From a virus (taxonomy: Duplodnaviria > Caudoviricetes): a stretch of DNA of 64,000 nt. The stretch spans positions 1 to 64,000 of IMG/VR virus record IMGVR_UViG_3300006204_000007; one strand, given 5' to 3'. Shown here piece after piece: positions 18,569-28,746 of this stretch. The notes under the pieces are model-generated. The model saw only the letters and a program-made list of their open reading frames with translations. It searched no databases and was not told the DNA's origin. The first letter of the stretch is position 1; each line of letters starts with the position of its first letter. A program made the position numbers and the translations under genes.

Positions 18569-20995
18569 TCATACCTTCATTACCTCCGCATAATAATTGT
18601 TTATGTAATCCTGCGCTTCTTTCTCGTAATCTACCCCGCCGTATGTCCTGTCCAGAGTAAATTTTTCCAGACGCTCTGACTCAAAACCGCACTGCCGCGC
18701 CTTTAATTCCCACCCAAACCTAAGATTCGGCGTTCCTTTGACAAGGAGGTAAGCCGGATGCCTTTCTTCTACCCAAGCATCCCCTGCCCCATACTTTTGC
18801 AGAAATACTTGGTACTGGCAGTTCGTATTGACAGTCTCAAGGAAAATATCATCCACGAATATGTAGCATGTCCCGTTTTCATCCAGCGTGGCTTCTCCAA
18901 TATCTCCAAAATATGGTTTTGGGGTTTCGTAACAGTAAAGAAGCCGGTCTGAGTAGTCTTCTGTTTTTACTACTCTGTTTTTCTGACCTCCACTCGCAAA
19001 ACCTCCGCTTGTGTAAAGCAATTCTTTTGTTGCTTCAAAAAACATTTCTTCGGATGCTCCAGAATCGTATGACATTGCTATCTTGTTCGCTCTGTAGTAC
19101 GATGTATAATTGCTTTTTGATAGTTTTAAATAATTCGGAGCAAGGTATGAAGCGTCACTGCCATACTTAATATCAATTGAGCTTGTTTCGCTAGAGGATG
19201 TGCTTACTTTAAAAGAACCGCCTGTTATCTCCGCGCTGGCAGACTTTATCTCTCCTTCGAAATATCCATTTGTTGCTCTTAAACCATTTTTATCAAATCT
19301 ACCTACCTCTAACCCATTACCATCATATACAACCAACGAACCGTTTTTGTTATTCAATCCACCAAGGTACAAATCAGTTCCACGGATGCTCCCTTTGTAA
19401 ACCGTAAGACCTGTGTTGTCCATCCTCGTCAAAAGGTCGCCAGACGCGTTTACAAGGTTCAACACACCGTCTTCGTTGTTTATCCCACCAAGCGTCAGCG
19501 TGCCACTCCTTATCCAGTCTGCTACAATCCCTATTGCGTACAGGACATTCACTACCACGTTTCCATTTTTATCAAACCCTGCCGTGTAACTTTGTCCGCC
19601 GTCCGTTGAGATAAAAAAGCCGTCTATCGTCTGCTTATAGATGGTTTTGGAATCCTCCAGCGCGGGTTTATCGTGCAAATACACAATTCGGCTCCCGTCC
19701 GCCATATCCTCTACGGTGGTATGAAAACCCATGGCGTTCATTGCAAGCTGGTTCATTTGCTGCACGGCCTTATCATAAGTAGAAATTTGCTTTTCAGCGT
19801 TCTTTCTTGCTTCCGCCACTGCCGCCTGCACCGTGGGGGATATGTACTCGCTCCCGTTCCGCACTGGGTCTTCTGCCTGACATGATACTGCAGTATAGGC
19901 TCCGATCTTATACGATATCGAATTAACAATTGAATTATATACATTTCCATTTCTGTCGGACACCATGACAACCTCAAACGGCTCATACAAGGGATTGCCA
20001 AGTATCTGAGCGGAGAACGGCCGGAATGTAATTCCAACCATACGTCCGCCAAGATACGCTGCGACTTCTGACTCCTTCCCGTCCACGAATGGATTGCCTT
20101 TTACAACAATCGCATACCCCTCTTCTCCAAACAGGGCCGTCACGCCGTCCTTGCCGATCACCTTTACCCCTGTGATTACCACGTCGTCCGTATGAACATT
20201 AAGGGATTTAATGCGGAAAATGTGTTCCGGTCGCGGGTCGGTGAACTCGCCGCCAGACACGTGCTCTCCCTGTCCGTAATTGGTAAAGTCCCCTCCGTCA
20301 AGTATGGTATCGTGAGGGTAGGTCTTAAAGCTCCCACCATTGTAATTGTACCAATTAAGAAGAGACGTGTTGTACCAAATTAACTGCATATAGCCGTCAT
20401 TGTCGATTCTGGCATTGTGCCCGGACACTTGACAGGCATATGACAATACTTGTCTGTAAGTCAGATTTTCCGGCTTTTCTTTTACAGTGTAGGTATAGTT
20501 GTCAAACTGCTGGAAACCCGCTGGTATGCCGCAGTCAAGACATATATCAGATATAATACTCTGTAAGGTGGCCGGATAAACCGTAGTCGCGGCGTAAGGC
20601 CGGTCAAGACGGTACATAGCGTCCACTGCGGATATCTCTATAATGCCCCCCTGAGTCTGCGGCACTGTGGCGTAGTACTTTCCTTTACGGATTTTCTCGA
20701 TTGTACCATCATCCAAAAGCATGGCAACATAGATTACGATAGTAGACATGTAAAAATCATAAGAAGAAAACCGCTCGTCATCGTTTTCCAGACGGATATT
20801 CAAAGTCTTTCCAATACAGAACCCGACACCAAACTTTCCGTCAGAAGTCTTGTCCTCAATTTGACAGCCGCCGATCATAAAATCTCTTGGTTCAAGATGC
20901 AGTACGGTACCGTCTGACAGAGTCACGTCTGCATAATTTACGACCGCCGCGCCGTTTTTTAGTTTTTCCTTAAATTCCTTACTTGCATTTATCAT
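18569..20995 (-). CDS. Tail tip/host-specificity protein with C-terminal chaperone-like domain
   Basis: 808 aa downstream of the distal tail gene; GFFISTDGG..Y motif. Confidence 0.75.
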   Translation of the reverse strand: MINASKEFKEKLKNGAAVVNYADVTLSDGTVLHLEPRDFMIGGCQIEDKTSDGKFGVGFCIGKTLNIRLENDDERFSSYDFYMSTIVIYVAMLLDDGTIEKIRKGKYYATVPQTQGGIIEISAVDAMYRLDRPYAATTVYPATLQSIISDICLDCGIPAGFQQFDNYTYTVKEKPENLTYRQVLSYACQVSGHNARIDNDGYMQLIWYNTSLLNWYNYNGGSFKTYPHDTILDGGDFTNYGQGEHVSGGEFTDPRPEHIFRIKSLNVHTDDVVITGVKVIGKDGVTALFGEEGYAIVVKGNPFVDGKESEVAAYLGGRMVGITFRPFSAQILGNPLYEPFEVVMVSDRNGNVYNSIVNSISYKIGAYTAVSCQAEDPVRNGSEYISPTVQAAVAEARKNAEKQISTYDKAVQQMNQLAMNAMGFHTTVEDMADGSRIVYLHDKPALEDSKTIYKQTIDGFFISTDGGQSYTAGFDKNGNVVVNVLYAIGIVADWIRSGTLTLGGINNEDGVLNLVNASGDLLTRMDNTGLTVYKGSIRGTDLYLGGLNNKNGSLVVYDGNGLEVGRFDKNGLRATNGYFEGEIKSASAEITGGSFKVSTSSSETSSIDIKYGSDASYLAPNYLKLSKSNYTSYYRANKIAMSYDSGASEEMFFEATKELLYTSGGFASGGQKNRVVKTEDYSDRLLYCYETPKPYFGDIGEATLDENGTCYIFVDDIFLETVNTNCQYQVFLQKYGAGDAWVEERHPAYLLVKGTPNLRFGWELKARQCGFESERLEKFTLDRTYGGVDYEKEAQDYINNYYAEVMKV

Positions 20996-21363
20996 ACTGG
21001 ATTAATCACCACCGCATTAAATGATAGGCTTTCCCATGTATCACGCCCGTTTACATGTTTCAAACTTCCAAAAGGATAATTTGATGTATAAAACTGTCCA
21101 ACCGTCCATTGACCTGTAAGAGGATTAAGATACCGCAGACTGTATTCGCTTTTGTTCATAACCTGTGCCAAGATAAGCGCAGCTTCTTCCGGCTCTATGT
21201 ACTTCCACTCAAAGGAATAGCTCGAGATCGTTCCTATCGGCGTATTGTGCATCACCAAATCTTGTGTTCTGTCCGAATCTTCCGTGGAAGTCGTGGCGAA
21301 ATTTGGCTTGAACGTATCTGGCGTTTTGACTGGTATTCCGTTAAATTCAAATGGTCTGTCCAT
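20992..21363 (-). CDS. Distal tail-like protein
   Basis: Directly after the tape measure gene. Confidence 0.65.
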   Translation of the reverse strand: MDRPFEFNGIPVKTPDTFKPNFATTSTEDSDRTQDLVMHNTPIGTISSYSFEWKYIEPEEAALILAQVMNKSEYSLRYLNPLTGQWTVGQFYTSNYPFGSLKHVNGRDTWESLSFNAVVINPV

Positions 21364-21372
21364 AACACCCTC

Positions 21373-24300
21373 CTACGTCGTTCCAAGGTCAAACGGATTT
21401 CTTCCACTAGCCATCATCCGTGTCTTACCTTCTTCTATAATCATGTCAAATATCACCCCGCCGTTTGCTATTGCCTTTACACTGTATGTATTTCCACCGT
21501 TGCTACCGCCGTTTCCTACTGCGCCTACCTTTGCCATAGCATTTATAACAGCCTGTTCAATCGTAGATAACGGAGACACAACCTCTGTTTCACGCGGATT
21601 ATCTCCCAACCATGCCAGATGTCGTTTCATGCTTGTAGGAATGACCTGTCCCGTTGCGTATCCCGGTATCTCGATGTTTGCCAGCTTTGCAATCGCGGGG
21701 TGGACGGATGGAGCCGACATGGAGCGCATGGAGTAGGATCGGGCGGAGTAAGTCTGGCCAGAGTCGCCTCCACCGCCACTAAAGAAGTCTCCTACTTTTT
21801 CCTTCATATTCCTGAATCTATCAATAATCTTATCTATCTGGTCAGTTATCCAGCCAACCGCCCTTTCTATCGTTCCTGTTATTCCGTCAAATACCGTCTC
21901 TACAATGTTCTTTGCGTGTTCCCACGCGCCAGACCAATCACCTCTAAGAAGGTCAGCAACAAGCCCCACTGTGTCCTTTATAACATCAAATAAACCACCG
22001 ATTACATCTATTACCCATCCTACTAAATCAATAGTTGTGTTGAAAACTTCATCTATTATAGGGAGAAGCACAGGGAGAATTGTGTCAACAATCCATCCCG
22101 CTATCGGAATAAGAACATCTTCCCACAAGGCTTTCAAAAGCTCCATCAACTTATCGATGCACGGCTTAAGGTGTTCCTCCCAAAGCTCCTTAAATTTCTG
22201 TCCCCATTCTTCAAGCATTGGCTTAAGATTTTCCTGCCAAAACTCTATAAATTTCTCCTTAAGTTCCTCCACTTTCTGCCGAAATTCTTCTGAGGTCTGG
22301 TATCCGTAAACAAATCCCGCCGCCAACGCAGCTACAGCCGCAACTACAAGACCAATCGGTGATAATAAAAACGATATCACACCACCAAGACCAGATATTG
22401 CGCCAGAAAGAATTGTAATAACGGGGTGTAGTAGGGAAAGCGCACCCTTTAACATGTTTGCTACGCCAGAAAGCGCAGAAAATCCTGTTGATATAAACGT
22501 AAGTGCCGCCCCTGCACCCTTAAGCGCAATTATAGCAATAGCAATCTTTTCAAAGCCATCCGCGACTTCCTGCGGACTGACATTGTCCATCCAGTCTTCT
22601 ATCATTGCGAGAAAATCTTTAAGAGCCTGACTGTTTAGGAATCCGGCCAAAACCTCTGACAATCTTCCTATAAATATTATGAGTCCTTCGCCCACCGTCT
22701 CCGCAAATGGTTCCAAATGTTCCCAGAGTTCCGCAAAATTTGCCCTAAGAGATTCCCAGTCAACCATTTCATTAAAATCAATAAACACTTGCAGTAAATC
22801 CGGCAATCCTTTTTCTAAAACCCATTGACCAATCGGAAGAAGTACTTTCTCGTAAAAATCCGTCATTATTCCGCTCAGAGTATCAATGACTGGTACAAGT
22901 GAAGCTGTCCACTCTTCAAATTTTGTAAGAAGTGGGGAAAAATCTATTTTTGAAGACCATTCTACGGTTGCATCTGCGGCATGTCGTATATTTTCAACAA
23001 TCGCGCCGATTATGTCCCGTATATTTTCAAGAATATGTAACCCCGTGTCGTTCTCGTTCCACGCTTCCCTGAACTTTCCCGCAAGATTACCAACCACAAG
23101 CCCGATATCGCCAATGATATGCAATATATTCTCGAATATCCTTATAGTACCCTCTTGCTGCCATACTGTAAGGAAATCACGCCCTATGTCTTTAATCAGT
23201 TTCCATACTTCATCAAGGGCGTATTTCCATGAATCCATGACAAATTTTCCTTCTCTGCTCCAAGCCTCCTTAAGAGGATTAAACAGACTTGTCAAGATTC
23301 CTTTTACTTTCTCGGCCATCTGCCTAAATTTATCTGATAAGCCTGATTCATCTATATTTGGCTTAACATTGACTTCCATATCCAAATTACCGAGGTTCCA
23401 AAAGTCAATATTTTCCAAATCAGACAATAACTCATCGTCTTTTCCTGCTGAATATTTGTTTATTTCATCAAGAGGGGACAAATATCCTTCCAGTGACTTC
23501 TCTGCATCCTGCGCCGCGTCAGATACATCTTCAAGTGAGCCAGTTATTCCCTCGGCGGTATCAACATATTTATTTCCCGCTCCAGAACCGCCAGAAGAAC
23601 TTTTCCCGAAAAACGATTCCGTAAATGACTTAAAAGCATTCGCTACTACCTTTAACTTCTCCAATAAGGTATTAAGCATTTTCAAAAGAGGATTAAGTAC
23701 ATTTATAAGTCCCTGGCCGATGGTTGCCTTAAGGCTTTCGATCTGCAATTTCAGAATCCTTGTCTGGTTCGCCCAGCTATCCTGCGTGCGGATAAAGTCG
23801 CCGGAAGCGCCGGACAGTTTTTCGGTAACAAACTGATACCGCAATGCGACTTTTTCTAGCTCAGTCATTTTGCTTACGGTTTTTCCTATACCCTTTGCCA
23901 TTGCATAGGAATTAAGAGCGTTTTCCGTCATGACAACGCCAAGGTCTTTTAGAGTCTCCGTTTCTCCTGTAAAAACGGATTTCAGCTTTGTGTAGGCCTC
24001 GTCCTGGGATATGTTATAGAAGGATGCAACATCACCAGCCAGCTGCGTAAGCGTAGTTGACATTCCAAAAGCTGCATCTTCCGCAAACCCAAATGATTTC
24101 GCCATTGCCCCGAATGTTCCAGCGTAACGCTTCGCCATTGTTTCGGACAAACCCGCAGATTTCGCGGCGTTTATGGCAAATTCATTTATCTTGTCCGACA
24201 TGGTGGTAAATGTAACATCAACTACGTTCTGCACTTCTTCCAGATCGGAACCCAATTCTGTCATTGATGAAGCAAAACCAGCGATTTTTCGTACAGCAAA

Positions 24301-24600
24301 AACAGAAGCTATAGTTGCGCCGAGGTTCCTGAAAGAGTCAGATACGCCGTTTACGCTCCCTTTTATCTTTGATGCTTCTTTTCTAATTCCGGCCCCGACA
24401 CTTCTAAATTTGCTCCCAACACTTGAAATTTTGCTGTTAAGTCCAGACAACGCGCCTTGTACGCCGGATTTAAGCTGTCCAAAACCACCTTTCATTTCGG
24501 ACACTCCTTTTTTTATTCCTTCTGTATTAATTTTTGTATTTATCCGAATTGACCCGTCATACTGTGCCATAAAACCACCCGTAAAATAAAAAAGTGCCAC
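21373..24600 (-). CDS. Tape measure protein (likely start MAQYDG near 24570)
   Basis: About 1070 aa, helical with periodic W/F repeats; SDLEEVQNVVDVTF motif. Confidence 0.92.
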   Translation of the reverse strand: MALFYFTGGFMAQYDGSIRINTKINTEGIKKGVSEMKGGFGQLKSGVQGALSGLNSKISSVGSKFRSVGAGIRKEASKIKGSVNGVSDSFRNLGATIASVFAVRKIAGFASSMTELGSDLEEVQNVVDVTFTTMSDKINEFAINAAKSAGLSETMAKRYAGTFGAMAKSFGFAEDAAFGMSTTLTQLAGDVASFYNISQDEAYTKLKSVFTGETETLKDLGVVMTENALNSYAMAKGIGKTVSKMTELEKVALRYQFVTEKLSGASGDFIRTQDSWANQTRILKLQIESLKATIGQGLINVLNPLLKMLNTLLEKLKVVANAFKSFTESFFGKSSSGGSGAGNKYVDTAEGITGSLEDVSDAAQDAEKSLEGYLSPLDEINKYSAGKDDELLSDLENIDFWNLGNLDMEVNVKPNIDESGLSDKFRQMAEKVKGILTSLFNPLKEAWSREGKFVMDSWKYALDEVWKLIKDIGRDFLTVWQQEGTIRIFENILHIIGDIGLVVGNLAGKFREAWNENDTGLHILENIRDIIGAIVENIRHAADATVEWSSKIDFSPLLTKFEEWTASLVPVIDTLSGIMTDFYEKVLLPIGQWVLEKGLPDLLQVFIDFNEMVDWESLRANFAELWEHLEPFAETVGEGLIIFIGRLSEVLAGFLNSQALKDFLAMIEDWMDNVSPQEVADGFEKIAIAIIALKGAGAALTFISTGFSALSGVANMLKGALSLLHPVITILSGAISGLGGVISFLLSPIGLVVAAVAALAAGFVYGYQTSEEFRQKVEELKEKFIEFWQENLKPMLEEWGQKFKELWEEHLKPCIDKLMELLKALWEDVLIPIAGWIVDTILPVLLPIIDEVFNTTIDLVGWVIDVIGGLFDVIKDTVGLVADLLRGDWSGAWEHAKNIVETVFDGITGTIERAVGWITDQIDKIIDRFRNMKEKVGDFFSGGGGDSGQTYSARSYSMRSMSAPSVHPAIAKLANIEIPGYATGQVIPTSMKRHLAWLGDNPRETEVVSPLSTIEQAVINAMAKVGAVGNGGSNGGNTYSVKAIANGGVIFDMIIEEGKTRMMASGRNPFDLGTT

Positions 24601-24759
24601 AGACGCGCATTACACGCATCCATGACACCTATTAGTCCTTACCCTATGCCAATTCATAGGTCGCTTTGATTTAGTTATGATTATTGTACCATTATTTGAG
24701 AATGAATTTGTACCAAATTACAAATAAAGAATATCTTCCTCGTTTTTTTATTTTATCTG

Positions 24760-25749
24760 TCAACCATTACGTTTTCTTGCAGGAGTTTCAAACGCTTTTT
24801 CGACTCCCCACCCCAAGACCTTGATCCGCTGTCTGATGCAGTCGTAATCCATGCCCAGTTCCGCACACCATTCTATCAGTGTCTTATTCTGCCCATTGTA
24901 TTCTAAAACCCATTCCCTATTCTTCCTGTTTCGTTTTCTAATTTCCCTTATTCTTTTCAAATCCTCTTTTTCACTTGTTTCTGCTTTATCGCTTATTTTT
25001 TTATACAATAACGGGAACTCTTCTGAGAACCATTTCCAAAAATCTTTATGCGTGTGTTCTTCTGCAATTTTGCGAACTTCCGCCGCATCCTCAATGTAAT
25101 AGTAATCGCCAAGATAATAACGTTTCCCTTTGAATATAATTTCTGACGTCCACGTTCCCCTGTCGTTTCTTTTCTTAACGCCCTTAAATCCAGATGTATT
25201 ATTTTTCGGTATTTTAGACGTTATAACAAACGCATTCGTCCCGTCTTTTGAGTATTCATCATATACTCTCTTCGCTATTTTTATATTATTTTTCCGTGAT
25301 TCTTCTTGCAAATGCCCACATGATTTTCTGATTTTAAAATCGTTTGTTGCAACGTCAAATTGCTTCCCACATGTGCAAAGACAGCGCCAGACATAACATG
25401 TACCATCCTTTTCCCCTGTATTATAAAGAGCTTTTACTCCGTATTTGTTCGTTTTTCCAGTTAAATCTGATTGATAAAATAGATTTTTTTCGTTAACATG
25501 CCCGCAACTTGTTGTTTTCTCAGATTTTATGCTATCATATCTAATTTCACACTTTTTACCACACGAGCATACACATTCTGCATATTGTTTGTCTTTGTAA
25601 CGATATACAGAGTTAATTTTTAACTCTCCATATTCTTCGTTTTCGTGTCCTTGCATGTATATTTTACCGTTTTTACAATCATAGCAATACTTTGATCCGT
25701 TACTTTTTGCATTAAATTCATTTCCGCAATTTAGACATATTTTAATCAT
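24760..25749 (-). CDS. AP2-domain protein with Cys-rich repeats (homing-endonuclease derived)
   Basis: Two CxCxCG..SCG modules; NNTSGFKGV...KRYYLG AP2 motif. Confidence 0.7.
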   Translation of the reverse strand: MIKICLNCGNEFNAKSNGSKYCYDCKNGKIYMQGHENEEYGELKINSVYRYKDKQYAECVCSCGKKCEIRYDSIKSEKTTSCGHVNEKNLFYQSDLTGKTNKYGVKALYNTGEKDGTCYVWRCLCTCGKQFDVATNDFKIRKSCGHLQEESRKNNIKIAKRVYDEYSKDGTNAFVITSKIPKNNTSGFKGVKKRNDRGTWTSEIIFKGKRYYLGDYYYIEDAAEVRKIAEEHTHKDFWKWFSEEFPLLYKKISDKAETSEKEDLKRIREIRKRNRKNREWVLEYNGQNKTLIEWCAELGMDYDCIRQRIKVLGWGVEKAFETPARKRNG

Positions 25750-25782
25750 AATATTATTATCTCCTGTAAAAAAAGAAAACCC

Positions 25783-26052
25783 TTATCTAAAAGGGTTTTC
25801 AATCTGGTTCATGTCTTTGTCGTAAAATCTTATGTCCTGTGAGGAATCCGCAACCGGCATCTGCTCACCTTCTCCGCTCTTTTCGTAATGCCCGTAGATT
25901 TCTGCGTATCCGTTTTCTGTTTCAATGCGGAAATCTCCGCATCCGTCTTCCTGTTCGTAAAAATCTGCGTTCTCTGCAAAAATGCTTGCCTGATCCTCAT
26001 TCTCAACTCTTCCACCCTTTAAAATCATTTCCAATGTTGTCATAATCTCCAC
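25783..26052 (-). CDS. Hypothetical acidic protein
   Basis: 89-aa ORF in a moron-like insert. Confidence 0.55.
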   Translation of the reverse strand: MEIMTTLEMILKGGRVENEDQASIFAENADFYEQEDGCGDFRIETENGYAEIYGHYEKSGEGEQMPVADSSQDIRFYDKDMNQIENPFR

Positions 26053-26180
26053 CTTCCAGCCTTATGGCTGCCTTTCGTTTTTTATTTTCTTTTTCGGGTT
26101 ATTGTCATTTGGTTTCCCTCTTGACAATTATATAATATCACATTATTATAACTTTGTAAAGAGATATTTTCAAAATAATT

Positions 26181-26414
26181 TCAAACGTTATATTTCTTTT
26201 TTTCTTCCTCATTCTCCACATATTCTATAAGGTCTTTCGGCTGCATATCTAAAATCATGCAAATTCTGTTGATGCTCTCCAATGATATATTTGTATCTTC
26301 GTGCTTTATTTTTTTTAGCGTGTCTTGGCTTAACAGTTTGCTCGTCTTTGCTCTGTACGTGTTAAAGCCTTTTCTCTCTAATGCGTCCGCTATATTTATT
26401 TTATATTTCAGCAT
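26181..26414 (-). CDS. HTH (Xre/Cro-like) regulator
   Basis: ALERKGFNTY...ISLESINRICMILDMQPKDLIEY. Confidence 0.85.
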   Translation of the reverse strand: MLKYKINIADALERKGFNTYRAKTSKLLSQDTLKKIKHEDTNISLESINRICMILDMQPKDLIEYVENEEEKKKYNV

Positions 26415-26501
26415 TTCAAATCCTCCTTTCTATTTTCTACTATATATTATCATGCCGAAAAAGTCAACAAAAAATATTTCTTAAAAAAGTTATAAAAAGG
26501 C

Positions 26502-26530
26502 TTGACTATTTCTTTTAAAAGTGATATAGT
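26502..26530 (+). promoter_or_regulatory. sigmaA promoter of the moron gene
   Basis: TTGACT-17-TATAGT upstream of an AGGAGG RBS. Confidence 0.7.
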
Positions 26531-26572
26531 ATAACCACAGCAATCAACAAACCAAACAGGAGGAAATACAAA

Positions 26573-26956
26573 ATGTTTAAAGGTTCTGAAAAACAGATTA
26601 AATGGGCAAATGATATTGTTGATAATACGAGAAAGGCTTTTGAAAATAAGGTCAGGGAAGCGGAGTCTGACAGTTATACAAATCCAAAGGTTCTTAAAAA
26701 TTATAAAAACTTATACGAAATAGCAGAAAACATTCTTTCTAATCTTTCTTTGGCATGGTCTGCTGGTGATGTTATAGAAAATAGAAACGGATTGGAGAGC
26801 GGAGATTTAGAAATACTGGGAATAAAAGTTTTTGGTGGCTGCGCAAGAATTAAGGTTGACGGAAGATCTTATAAAGATTCTGATCTTAAAAACAGCGAAA
26901 CGAAAAAAGAAATAGAAAACAGAGCGATTGATTATCTTAAAAATAAAAAGTCATAA
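26573..26956 (+). CDS. Moron protein (KGSEKQIKWA-type N-terminus)
   Basis: Own promoter and RBS; opposite strand to the late operon. Confidence 0.7.
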   Translation: MFKGSEKQIKWANDIVDNTRKAFENKVREAESDSYTNPKVLKNYKNLYEIAENILSNLSLAWSAGDVIENRNGLESGDLEILGIKVFGGCARIKVDGRSYKDSDLKNSETKKEIENRAIDYLKNKKS

Positions 26957-27022
26957 AAAGTGGATTAATCACATAAACGGTTCACGAATAAATCTGTGAC
27001 GTTTATGGGATTATTATAAATT

Positions 27023-27412
27023 TTAACTCTGTTTCTTTTTATAATTTGTATATTTTTTTGGTATATATTTCCGCAGCCTCTTAACGGTTTCTTCTTCTCT
27101 TGCGTATATTCTTCCTGTATTTACATCAATGTAAGCTGTTTCCTTGAGTATGTTATTGGCAACATTATTGTTTACTTCAACTCCATCAATTTTTACATCA
27201 GCGATCCTTCCAGACTTGTTTCTATATCCAACTTCCATGTTATAAAGCTTTTCAAGATTGATATACAGTCTGTCTTGATCCCCTTTTTGCCATCTCTTAA
27301 AGATTCCGTCCCCTTTTTCTTTTGAGTAATTGTATAACGCATCCATAGCCTTTTTGGGCGTATCATAAGATTTATTAGACAACCCGCTACTTCCACCACG
27401 TCCTCCCATCAC
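27023..27412 (-). CDS. Hypothetical protein (MGGRG start), DUF4417 partner
   Basis: MGGRGGSSG start; coupled to the upstream gene. Confidence 0.65.
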   Translation of the reverse strand: MMGGRGGSSGLSNKSYDTPKKAMDALYNYSKEKGDGIFKRWQKGDQDRLYINLEKLYNMEVGYRNKSGRIADVKIDGVEVNNNVANNILKETAYIDVNTGRIYAREEETVKRLRKYIPKKYTNYKKKQS

Positions 27413-28029
27413 ATCACCCTTTTAAACCTTTCCTGAAATGCCTTAATTTGCACAATGTTCCCTGTGCATTCTTCCAGCACCTTACCCATAAATAATACCA
27501 CTTCCGGCCGCAATCTTACAAGCATTTCATTATACCCTGCCATAAACAACTCTTTCTTCGCCTTGCTATTTGACGCACCTACACTAGATATCGCCACAAC
27601 GCCGCCCACCGGCTCCCCATCAAAGCACCAGTCAAAACTGTCCGGCGTACTCCATGAGATTGTCGGTATCACATTTACTCCATTCTCTTGCAGATATGCG
27701 CCCACCCAATGCTTCCGGTAATGATTGTATATCTGAATCGCTTTCGGAAAGTCAGTGTATGTAGAAAAGTCCGGGGACATGACGTGGGTAAACTGCCGGA
27801 ACATGTCAAGGTACTTGTCCGGGGACTGCCAGACAGAATTAAATTGGTAATCGTCCAGAAAGAAATGCACACCCTTACCGTCTCTGTTCTTTTCGCTTCT
27901 GGCGTAGTTGAATCCTATCCAGTCACACTCTTTGTACTGTGTTGGCTGTATCTGCGGTATGCCGTATTCTCCCATGCCGTCAAATATGCGCTTTTGGAGG
28001 TTTTCATAGTTTTTGGTTTGTCGATACAT
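27409..28029 (-). CDS. DUF4417 family protein
   Basis: VHFFLDDYQF, SPDFSTYTD, VIPTISW motifs. Confidence 0.88.
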   Translation of the reverse strand: MYRQTKNYENLQKRIFDGMGEYGIPQIQPTQYKECDWIGFNYARSEKNRDGKGVHFFLDDYQFNSVWQSPDKYLDMFRQFTHVMSPDFSTYTDFPKAIQIYNHYRKHWVGAYLQENGVNVIPTISWSTPDSFDWCFDGEPVGGVVAISSVGASNSKAKKELFMAGYNEMLVRLRPEVVLFMGKVLEECTGNIVQIKAFQERFKRVM

Positions 28030-28152
28030 TATCTTTCCTCACAATCTCACACTTTTGCTTAAGAATCAAATATCCGTCCTTATTCTTTTTTACGATTGCA
28101 GTATACCCTTTATCCGCAATCTCCCTGGCAACCTTGCCTATTTCTTTGTCTG

Positions 28153-28746
28153 TCATCCCAACACCTCATTAAGCAATGTCTTATATGCGTCCTCCTGCTC
28201 CTGCTCTTCCTTTGTCAGTGGCTTTTTCATCAACACCAGTTCTTTGTTGTGGGATAAGAACTCTTTCTCATGCTTTTCAAGCTTCTTACCCTTATTCAGC
28301 TTATTCCGTATCCCTACAATAAAAGAGAATGTGCCTTCTCCCACTTCATTGAAATATCCAAGAAACGTCCACCAGTGCAGGTAATCCAGTTCTCTCGTTT
28401 CTTTCCCGGCAACCTTATTGACCGCGGAAAAAATCATCTGTTCATCCTGCGTCCAGTTATATGTCGGCTGTTCAAGTACCTGTTTTTCTGGTTGTCCAGC
28501 GGAGATGAACCATGATATTTGTTTTATTGCTTCTTCCAAGTCAAAGCCATTTTGCGCCGCCTGCAGCACATCATCAGCGCAAGAAAAGTCCTCAAATAGA
28601 AGATAGATAGCAACAATCCACTTTTCCTCCTGGGCCAGTTCTGGGTCTTGGAACGCTTCAAATACTTGGAGGACATTGCGGTAGTCGGTTCTGATAGGAT
28701 ATTCTTCACCGCCCACCGTCAACGTCTCCGACAATGCGCCTATCAT
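28153..28746 (-). CDS. Gp15-like tail assembly protein (A118 type)
   Basis: YPIRTDYR, YNWTQD, YLHWWTF motifs. Confidence 0.85.
   Translation of the reverse strand: MIGALSETLTVGGEEYPIRTDYRNVLQVFEAFQDPELAQEEKWIVAIYLLFEDFSCADDVLQAAQNGFDLEEAIKQISWFISAGQPEKQVLEQPTYNWTQDEQMIFSAVNKVAGKETRELDYLHWWTFLGYFNEVGEGTFSFIVGIRNKLNKGKKLEKHEKEFLSHNKELVLMKKPLTKEEQEQEDAYKTLLNEVLG

Noticed and set aside
22886-23836. 316-aa + strand ORF, and many similar antisense ORFs in the track
   Set aside because: These are shadow ORFs opposite well-supported genes, with no RBS or recognisable motifs.
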